Below are positions 26,440 to 32,758 of a stretch of 32,758 nt of DNA, one piece after another (the first letter of the stretch is position 1; each line of letters begins with the position of its first letter). A program made the position numbers and the translations under genes. Origin of the DNA: an uncultured Methanomassiliicoccales archaeon (GTDB lineage: Archaea; Thermoplasmatota; Thermoplasmata; Methanomassiliicoccales; Methanomethylophilaceae); the NCBI GenBank assembly GCA_964369035.1, contig CAYJDU010000001.1:1-32758 (forward strand), read 5' to 3'. The notes beneath the pieces are model-generated. The model saw only the letters and a program-made list of their open reading frames with translations, searched no databases and was not told the DNA's origin.

Positions 26440-27964
26440 AGACAAAATAGTAGGGTTCATAGACGTTGGTACTAACTCTATACATGTGTTAGTATCAAAA
26501 TTCTTTCCAGATGCACTAGGCACTCCGATATTTCATGATAAAGAATCCGTAAGGCTTGGTCAGAACCTGTTCTCCCAGGGATTCATAGACGAGGAGACCA
26601 TCAATAAGACGAAGCTCGTCGTAGGACATTTTGTCCGTGTGGCACAAGATATGGGAGCTAAAGAGATATTGGCATACGCAACTTGTGCTGCGAGAGAGGC
26701 GTTCAATAGGGACGCAATCCTTGATGCTGTTTCAGAATCCGGCATAGACCTGAAGATAATCTCAGGTAAAGAAGAAGCAAGGTTGGTAGGGCTTGGGGTG
26801 TTCGGTCCCTATGGACCACCGGACCGTTGTGTTCTCATCGACCTTGGCGGTGGCAGTACGGAAATAAACCTTACAAAGGGTAATGAGATTTTGTTACTTG
26901 ACAGCCTCAAGGCTGGTTCCATTCGTTTTTCATATGGACTTGGGATAGATCAACACGCTCGTGTATCAAAGTCAGACTACGATTTGATGCTTAAGGAAGT
27001 GGATAAGATTTCAAAGAACACAGCGAAGGAGCTTAACGAGGTGGGCTTTGACCGTGCGATTGGTTCTTCTGGAACGATTATAAATCTGGCTGAGATGTGT
27101 GCCGCCCGTAGGGACGGAGATTCCTCATACATGACCAAGAAAGAGCTTTCCGAGCTTATGAGGGACCTGTGCGGGATGACAGAGGACCAACGCCGCAACG
27201 TACCAAAAATGAATCAAGGACGTTCGGATATAATCATAGGCGGGGGAGCCATCGCTGAACAGCTGATGGACTCATTCGAGATTGACAAGATCTTCATAAG
27301 TGATCAGGGTCTCCGTGAGGGGATGCAGGTGGATTACCTGCTTGGACGCGGTCATAAAGAATTCAACCTGAGGAATTCATCCATATTGACACTGGCTAGA
27401 AGGTGCGGATCCAATGAGACCCATTCTGCACAGGTAAAGATCCTGGCATTACGATTATTTGACGGGTTAAAAAAGGCAGGCCTTCACATTATGGACGACG
27501 ATACAAAGGAAATCCTTGGATACGCTGCGATATTGCATGATATCGGTGAGTTCATAAGTTACAAAGATCACAATCTACATACGTATACGATCATCACAAA
27601 CTCCAATATGCCAGGCTTTAATGCAGATGAGATAGAGGACATGGCACTCATGGCGAAGTTTCATCACAAACGGTTCCCAGCAGGCACTAATAAGTTTCTC
27701 AGACCCTTAAATAAAAATCGTGCCAAGAATGTCAGGATGTGTGCTCTGATGCTTAGGATGGCAGATGTCCTCGATAGACACAGGTCGTCACCAGTGGAAG
27801 ATATGAACGGACGTTTGACAAAGAACAGCGTGATCATAGAACTAACATCAAAAGAGGACCTTAGCATGGAAGTATGGAAGATGGAAGAGCTCTCAGATGC
27901 CTTTAAGGACGTTTTTGGCTTAGACCTGAAGATATGTGCTTCAGGATGGGGAGATGAGATTTAG
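26436..27964 (+). CDS. ppx: Ppx/GppA-family exopolyphosphatase with C-terminal HD domain; the 5' end needs a frame change or a non-canonical start
   Basis: The ASKHA phosphate-1 loop IVGFIDVGTNSIHVLV (26447-26494) is in frame with the 492-aa track ORF but largely upstream of its first canonical start (GTG 26486). TTG 26436 (TTGA overlap with the ppk stop) opens MKTK-stop in the adjacent frame. The HD motif is ILHDIGEFISYKDH. See findings. Confidence 0.85.
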
Positions 27965-28052
27965 GTCCCCAACGGTGAGACGACCGTCGGTCATTAATAT
28001 TATTCATCTTCGCCATAATCATTAAATTTAATCAATGTATGACAAAGTTTAG

Positions 28053-28095
28053 AAGCGGGAAATCCCTTGCATGGACTAACGTCCGTTTCCCGCTT
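28053..28095. terminator. Perfect 10-bp inverted repeat (hairpin) between the convergent ppx and larE genes
   Basis: AAGCGGGAAA (28053-28062) pairs with TTTCCCGCTT (28086-28095) around a 23-nt loop, ending 4 nt from the larE stop codon. Any role in termination or RNA stability is inferred only. Confidence 0.3.
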
Positions 28096-28099
28096 TAAA

Positions 28100-28858
28100 T
28101 TATTTATATCCTTCAGGATCAAGCCTGAGGGATAAACCTTTTCTCAAGGCGATACCATTCAATTCTGGCATTTTGTTCCTAAGTTGTGCAATCTCTTCCG
28201 GTGAGGTCTGTATCAAGGCATCATCACCAAAATATCGGAACCTTATCTGACTTACGCCGGCAACATCCCTTATCAAAGATTCCCATTCCTCAATATAGTT
28301 AAGAGAGGCCTCCGTAAGAACAGTGCCAGTAGGTATGCGGGTGGCTAGACAGGTATCTTTGACCATGTTCTTTGACCAGTCTTTAGAGTTTACGTGGTCT
28401 AGTACATCCGACCTAGTTATCCTCAGGGTTTCTAAAGGACTGAGTACTCCAAGTTCCGAAGCGGCCCTCCGACCTGGACGATGTTGCAGGAGATCATCAT
28501 GATTATCTCCGCATAAACATACGTCTATCCCAAGTTCTTTCCCAAGTCCTTTCACAGCAGAATATACTGCCATTTTGCAAAAATAGCATTTCTCTAGATC
28601 ATTCTTGACAACATTGGTAAGGTCTCCCCACCCTATCTCGATTATCCTAAGCGGTATACCGATATCGTCGGCGATCCTTTCTGCTTCGGACCGTTGTCTC
28701 CTGCTTACTATGGGCATATCCACAAAAACTGCATAGGTCCGATCTAAAGAACATCTACAAGCCTCAGCCAGATAGGAACTGTCATATCCTCCGGAGAAGG
28801 CTAGGACGGCAGAGTCTAGTTCCTTGAGAAGTCCGCATACTTCACTGAACTTGTCCAT
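28100..28858 (-). CDS. larE: LarE-family PP-loop ATP pyrophosphatase (sulfur insertase for the nickel-pincer nucleotide cofactor)
   Basis: 252 aa. The PP-loop is AFSGGYDSSYLA, with the conserved DTCLATRIPTG and an additional CYFC. It is divergent from larB. Confidence 0.8.
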   Translation of the reverse strand: MDKFSEVCGLLKELDSAVLAFSGGYDSSYLAEACRCSLDRTYAVFVDMPIVSRRQRSEAERIADDIGIPLRIIEIGWGDLTNVVKNDLEKCYFCKMAVYSAVKGLGKELGIDVCLCGDNHDDLLQHRPGRRAASELGVLSPLETLRITRSDVLDHVNSKDWSKNMVKDTCLATRIPTGTVLTEASLNYIEEWESLIRDVAGVSQIRFRYFGDDALIQTSPEEIAQLRNKMPELNGIALRKGLSLRLDPEGYK

Positions 28859-28883
28859 GACAGTGTTGATTTCCGCGAATGTC

Positions 28884-28889
28884 TTTAAT
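28884..28889. promoter_or_regulatory. Single A/T box placed symmetrically between the divergent larE and larB starts (candidate shared TATA)
   Basis: TTTAAT/ATTAAA is centred about 28 nt from the larE ATG (28858) and about 26 nt from ATG 28912 of larB. It is the only A/T-rich hexamer in the 53-bp spacer. Confidence 0.3.
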
Positions 28890-28911
28890 CCTTCCCCATA
28901 TATCTGTGTCC

Positions 28912-29658
28912 ATGGACATCAGAGAGGTGCTCGAATCATACCGATTAGGGAAGATAGAGGCGGAAGAGGCAGAGAAAGCTCTTCGCACCGACTACATCGA
29001 GTCTCTCGGTAGGGACGTGAACCTGGACCTAGGTAGAGAGGTCCGTAAAGGCACACCGGAGGTTGTCTATGCAAGGACAAAGACCCCCGAGGTCGTAGAA
29101 AAGATAGTGAGGTCATCCACAAAGAGGATGTTGGTATCTGGTGCCAGCGAGAAACATTTTGAAATTATAAAAGACGTTGACAAGGCAGAATTCTTTGAAG
29201 AATGCGGTTGCATAGTAGTAGGAGGATTCCCTGACGAACGTCATTGTCCGGTGGCAATTATAACTGCGGGAACATCAGATGTGCCAGTAGCAAAAGAAGC
29301 GGTGCTGATGGCACGTATGATGGGTTGTCCATGTATAGAATTCTTTGACATCGGTGTTTCAGGTATGCATCGACTTATCGGACCTATGAAGGAGATCATA
29401 AGCAAGGATGTGGCAGCTGTGGTAGCGGTAGCAGGCATGGAAGGAGCTCTACCTACCCTCATATCATCGTTATCCCCGGTACCGGTCATCGGGGTCCCCA
29501 CGTCAACAGGATACGGGTTCGGAGGTGACGGAATCGCAGCGTTGATGGGGATGTTACAATCCTGTTCGCCTGGTCTCAGTGTAGTGAACATAGACAACGG
29601 GATCGGAGCTGGAGCCGTGGCAGCAATGATATCCAAAGGCAGGACAGCGGAGAAATGA
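28912..29658 (+). CDS. larB: LarB, pyridinium-3,5-biscarboxylic acid mononucleotide synthase (PurE-like)
   Basis: VAIITAGTSDVPVAKEA, DIGVSGMHRL, VAGMEGALPTLISSL, IGVPTSTGYGFGGDGIAALMGMLQSCSPGLSVVNIDNGIGAG. The track start at 28879 would include the only TATA-like box in the spacer, so I prefer ATG 28912 (MDIREVLESYRLGKI). Confidence 0.85.
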   Translation: MDIREVLESYRLGKIEAEEAEKALRTDYIESLGRDVNLDLGREVRKGTPEVVYARTKTPEVVEKIVRSSTKRMLVSGASEKHFEIIKDVDKAEFFEECGCIVVGGFPDERHCPVAIITAGTSDVPVAKEAVLMARMMGCPCIEFFDIGVSGMHRLIGPMKEIISKDVAAVVAVAGMEGALPTLISSLSPVPVIGVPTSTGYGFGGDGIAALMGMLQSCSPGLSVVNIDNGIGAGAVAAMISKGRTAEK

Positions 29659-30932
29659 GGCAGCAGACCCTCTTCGACCCGATGTTGAAGATGAATAGGA
29701 GCACGGATATCAAGTCAGGTCTGTGTTCCATCTGTAAAGGCTCTCGTAGATTGTGCGGTAAGGACAGATGTCCACTGATGATCAAGTTCTACTCCCAACA
29801 GAAGACCCTGCCCATGATGGATACAAAAGATATAGCTGGTTCAAGTCCCCCCTCGGTATTCGTGGGAAGACATGGATATCCGAAGGTGGACGTGGGGCCT
29901 CTCATCCCGCCGGAGTTCGGGGACACATCAATAATGGATACACCAGAACTCTGGATGGGTAAGACCATAGACGAGATAGTTGATTTCAGATTCAAACTTA
30001 TTCGGGGTAAGGTCAGTATAAACGCTTATGATTTCAAAAGTTCAGGTCGTGTAGTGGACGATATCCAGGAGATAGCATTAACAGAACGGCCGTTGGACAT
30101 CGAGGCGAAGTTTGCAAGCAAACCCCGTGGACGTGTGATACTGGACGATGAGGTACAACCTTTTGGGCCATCTGCAAAGATGACCTCGATGAAGAAGAGC
30201 AATGGTAGGTTCGAAAGGAACCTTGAGCGTAGTTTTTATGATACGGATATGAAGGCTGCAGATGCTGTTATAACATCATATCGTAACGGGACCCTCATAT
30301 CAGAGATCGAGAAAGCGTTCTCGGTGGGAACAATGGGTGTGGACAAAAGGCGTAAATTCGTTCCAACAAGATGGTCTATAACCGCCGTTGACGATATAAT
30401 CGGCAAGGACCTCCTAAGCACAACTAAGTTCTACAACACGATAGATGATTATCGCATATACCAGTGGGAACAATTGGATAATCGTTGGTGTGTACTGATG
30501 ATGCCTTGCACATGGAGATACGAGCTTATCGAAGCATGGTATCCAAACACTACGTGGAACCCCACCGGCCGTACGATAGATATAATAAGCGACCACGAAT
30601 TCTTCGATGGTCGTAAGGATTATGCGCATATAGGGGGTTGTTATTACGCGGCCAGGATGGCTGTCAACGAGCTTCTCATCAAAGAACAACGTACTGCTGG
30701 CACAGTGATATTCCGCGAGGCCCATCCAGGATATGTAATGCCCGTAGGCGTATGGAACGTCCGGGAGAACGTCCGCCACGCTCTAAGCACCGTACCATAT
30801 AGTTACGATACTCTGGACAAGGCTATGGACCACGTCGATAGAGTAATGGAAATTCCGAAGAGTACCTGGATATCTAATTCAGGCGTTCTTAAGGATTGGT
30901 ATACTCAAAGGAGGATCGAGGACTATTACTGA
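29655..30932 (+). CDS. Nre-family archaeal DNA repair protein with a C-terminal PCNA-interacting (PIP) motif
   Basis: 425 aa. The N-terminal Cys motif is CSICKGSRRLCGKDRCP, and the length and layout recall the Nre N and C domains. The last 8 codons (30906-30929) read QRRIEDYY, matching QxxIxxYY. It overlaps larB as ATGA. Confidence 0.65.
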   Translation: MRQQTLFDPMLKMNRSTDIKSGLCSICKGSRRLCGKDRCPLMIKFYSQQKTLPMMDTKDIAGSSPPSVFVGRHGYPKVDVGPLIPPEFGDTSIMDTPELWMGKTIDEIVDFRFKLIRGKVSINAYDFKSSGRVVDDIQEIALTERPLDIEAKFASKPRGRVILDDEVQPFGPSAKMTSMKKSNGRFERNLERSFYDTDMKAADAVITSYRNGTLISEIEKAFSVGTMGVDKRRKFVPTRWSITAVDDIIGKDLLSTTKFYNTIDDYRIYQWEQLDNRWCVLMMPCTWRYELIEAWYPNTTWNPTGRTIDIISDHEFFDGRKDYAHIGGCYYAARMAVNELLIKEQRTAGTVIFREAHPGYVMPVGVWNVRENVRHALSTVPYSYDTLDKAMDHVDRVMEIPKSTWISNSGVLKDWYTQRRIEDYY

Positions 30933-31701
30933 TCTTTTCGATTTTACTTCTGCGGATGAATGGGATGGGATATTCGAGACCGTAAAATGTAGACGTGCTC
31001 TTTCGCCTTCTGGACTACCAGATATAGATTATGCCCTTAATCCATATGGCGGATGTGAACATGGATGCGTATATTGTTACGCTCCAGAAGTAACACATAC
31101 CGATTGGAAGGAATGGCGGATCGTACGGGTACGTAGCAACATAGTTCAACGTCTGGCCAGAGAGTTGATCAATCTACGAGGCACCGTAGGCATCGGTACT
31201 GTCACAGACCCTTATCAATATGCTGAGAAAAGGTTCATGTTGACACGTCATTCAATCGAAGTTCTCAAAGCGGCAAGGATGAGGGTCCACATACATACAA
31301 AATCGGACTTGATTCTTAGAGATATTGATCTGATATCGAAAATGGAAGCCGAGGTCGGAATAACGATAACGACCTTGAACGATAATGTATCCCATGTCAT
31401 CGAACCAGGTGCACCAGTACCCGCTAAAAGGTTACATGCCCTTAAAAAACTCACCGAAGCAGGCATCGACACTTATGCACTGGTCGGCCCCGTTTTAAAT
31501 TCACTTGAAGGCTTAGAAGAAGAATTTGTTGCTGCCATAGTATCTACGGGCACCAAACGTATGTGCATCGACAGACTGAATATGCGTCCATTACTTTCGC
31601 AAAGACTTGAACGTATGGACATAAAAGGTTCTGAATCTTCTTTAAAAAAGATACGTCGTCTGGCCGAAGATTCCGGATTGAAGGTGACGGACGTATTCTG
31701 A
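30925..31701 (+). CDS. Radical SAM protein (SplB / COG1533-like), start codon unresolved
   Basis: The frame is open from 30847. It encodes ...ETVKCRRALSPSGLPDIDYALNPYGGCEHGCVYCYAPEV, with CX3CX2C at 31054-31077, which is 88 nt upstream of the first canonical in-frame start (TTG 31165, the track ORF). Possible starts are ATT 30925 (GGAGGA at 30910-30915, 9-nt spacer) or ATG 30956/30965 plus a 1-nt frame correction. Confidence 0.7.
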   Translation: MTDLFDFTSADEWDGIFETVKCRRALSPSGLPDIDYALNPYGGCEHGCVYCYAPEVTHTDWKEWRIVRVRSNIVQRLARELINLRGTVGIGTVTDPYQYAEKRFMLTRHSIEVLKAARMRVHIHTKSDLILRDIDLISKMEAEVGITITTLNDNVSHVIEPGAPVPAKRLHALKKLTEAGIDTYALVGPVLNSLEGLEEEFVAAIVSTGTKRMCIDRLNMRPLLSQRLERMDIKGSESSLKKIRRLAEDSGLKVTDVF

Positions 31702-31713
31702 GCGGTAGCTCAT

Positions 31714-31727
31714 TTTTATTTTTTTAA
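31714..31727 (+). terminator. Oligo-T tract downstream of the radical SAM gene
   Basis: TTTTTATTTTTTT begins 13 nt after the TGA at 31699-31701. Oligo-T is the usual archaeal termination signal. Confidence 0.4.
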
Positions 31728-31860
31728 TAATCATGGAGATCATACTGATCCTGGGTGACACAATATGGATGCCGCGAAGTTACGGATATATCACGGGAAA
31801 TGGCCATTATGGTGAACAGAGGATACTATACCAGATGTAAGATCGACAGTGGTCAGTGAC

Positions 31861-32373
31861 TCAGTCCTTAGACCATATGCCAGCGTCCATGTATCCATCT
31901 ATTACGACGTTGAAAGGCAGTATCTTTGTCCAGCCGTTACGATCCAATATGTCCATGAATCCGACGCCAATCAATCGAGGACCGCCAAGGCGGTCTATTA
32001 ATGCTTTCACATTTTCTATAGGACAGCCGATCTTAGGCATAGCTAGACCTCCTAGGACTACCAGGACGTCGACATGATTCAGTTCCGTCCTCTCAACACT
32101 CATCGTAAAACCCAGCCCCTCCGTCCACTGCATATTTCTCGCTTCGGCAGGGTCTGCCAGCGGTACATAGGTCAGTTCGAACTCTCTCCTCCTCACTCCG
32201 AATGCAAGCATCTCGGCCACAGGAGGGCAGCTTCCGATCGAGCCAGTGAAGGCTACTTTTGAACCGTTCGGTACATCTTCCACGCTATCCTTGAACAGAC
32301 CGGTCAGTCCGGCGAATCCTTTTTTTCTTTCACTGTCCTCCATATGACATTCCTCTATACCCTCAACGGTCAC
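31861..32373 (-). CDS. Conserved hypothetical protein (possibly an archaeal DUF family); no function assigned
   Basis: 170-aa ORF with normal, non-low-complexity composition: FTGSIGSCPPVAEMLAF, VDVLVVLGGLAMPK, LIGVGFMD. It starts at GTG 32373 or ATG 32343. I recognise no catalytic motif. Confidence 0.5.
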   Translation of the reverse strand: MTVEGIEECHMEDSERKKGFAGLTGLFKDSVEDVPNGSKVAFTGSIGSCPPVAEMLAFGVRRREFELTYVPLADPAEARNMQWTEGLGFTMSVERTELNHVDVLVVLGGLAMPKIGCPIENVKALIDRLGGPRLIGVGFMDILDRNGWTKILPFNVVIDGYMDAGIWSKD

Positions 32374-32758
32374 AAGGACCTTATGGTTATGCCTTATGTA
32401 ATACGGAAAGACCTCTAATGTTCACTGTAATAACTCCGATCTTGTTAACGATCCGCTGAGAGGAATCATCCCTGATATCAGGTCTTAATGATGGTCCGAT
32501 CCTTAGCGATGGCGATGTCTGTTCAGCAGGATTCCATCAGACTATATAGTATGTAGAATACTTACGCGATACTTGTTTCATAAGAGAGTTAACGCTGTGA
32601 CGGATATATTCTGCCAACAATATATAATCCAAATAATAATCACACTTCAGAACTCGGCCAAGAAGATTCTTAATAAGGCCATTATTACAAACAGAAAAAA
32701 TAGCAATAATAAACAACATTAATATAGAAGAACAAAATTACTGTAACTAAGATAATTG

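Noticed and set aside
27965-27995. Short hairpin ACGGT-gagacg-ACCGT just after the ppx stop codon.
   Set aside because: A 5-bp stem with no following T-tract is too weak to call. The 10-bp repeat at 28053-28095 is the only solid structure in this spacer.
31733-31840. 35-codon ORF (MEIILILGDTIWMPRSYGYITGNGHYGEQRILYQM) between the radical SAM gene and the convergent hypothetical gene.
   Set aside because: It has no SD, no correctly spaced A/T box and no recognisable motif. It sits right after the oligo-T terminator and is not distinguishable from chance.
32537-32719. 60-aa minus-strand ORF in the A/T-rich tail.
   Set aside because: The composition-driven translation is rich in I/L/Y/N/K. It has no start-context signals and no motif.
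1-32758. CRISPR arrays, tandem repeats or rRNA genes anywhere in the window.
   Set aside because: Coding density is near 95%, and none of the spacers (the longest are about 129, 135, 159, 218 and 385 bp) shows periodic repeats. A visual scan cannot exclude short dispersed repeats, which a dot-plot would settle.

Overview
Gene-dense 32.8-kb chromosomal segment with about 28 protein genes. I found no rRNA, tRNA, CRISPR array, transposase or integrase. It reads as archaeal: an Nre-family protein ends in a PIP box, CobQ carries a Cys-rich small domain, and A/T-rich TATA-like boxes sit about 27 nt upstream of several first-gene ATGs, implying leaderless mRNAs. A Thermoplasmata- or methanogen-like lineage is a low-confidence guess. 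Packing is extreme. Same-strand neighbours overlap as ATGA or TTGA at 711-714, 3830-3833, 5169-5172, 15065-15068, 29655-29658 and 26436-39, and four convergent pairs overlap at their 3' ends. Left to right the genes are: SbcC-like (partial)/SbcD-like nuclease pair; cobQ plus a domain-truncated cobQ paralogue; a GG-terminated ThiS/MoaD-like protein; a small membrane protein coupled to a DEDDh exonuclease; a P-type ATPase; an AddA-like/AddB-like helicase-nuclease pair; a catalytically dead paralogue of the DEDDh exonuclease; a Zn-ribbon membrane protein and PaaI thioesterase; xseA-xseB; an ABC-ATPase + DUF4435/Toprim pair; a TPR protein; trkH-trkA; hisD-ppk-ppx; larE divergent from a larB-nre-radical SAM operon; and a conserved hypothetical. 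The best candidate system is the PARIS-like split-OLD ATPase + DUF4435/Toprim pair at 17126-19025. Next is the low-GC AddAB-type operon with its dead exonuclease partner at 8409-14634. Spot G+C counts put both about 13 points below the surrounding genes. Two genes, ppx and the radical SAM gene, have essential N-terminal motifs encoded upstream of any in-frame canonical start codon. In each case adding one base to a homopolymer restores a sensible start. All family calls rest on motif recognition by eye; no searches were run.
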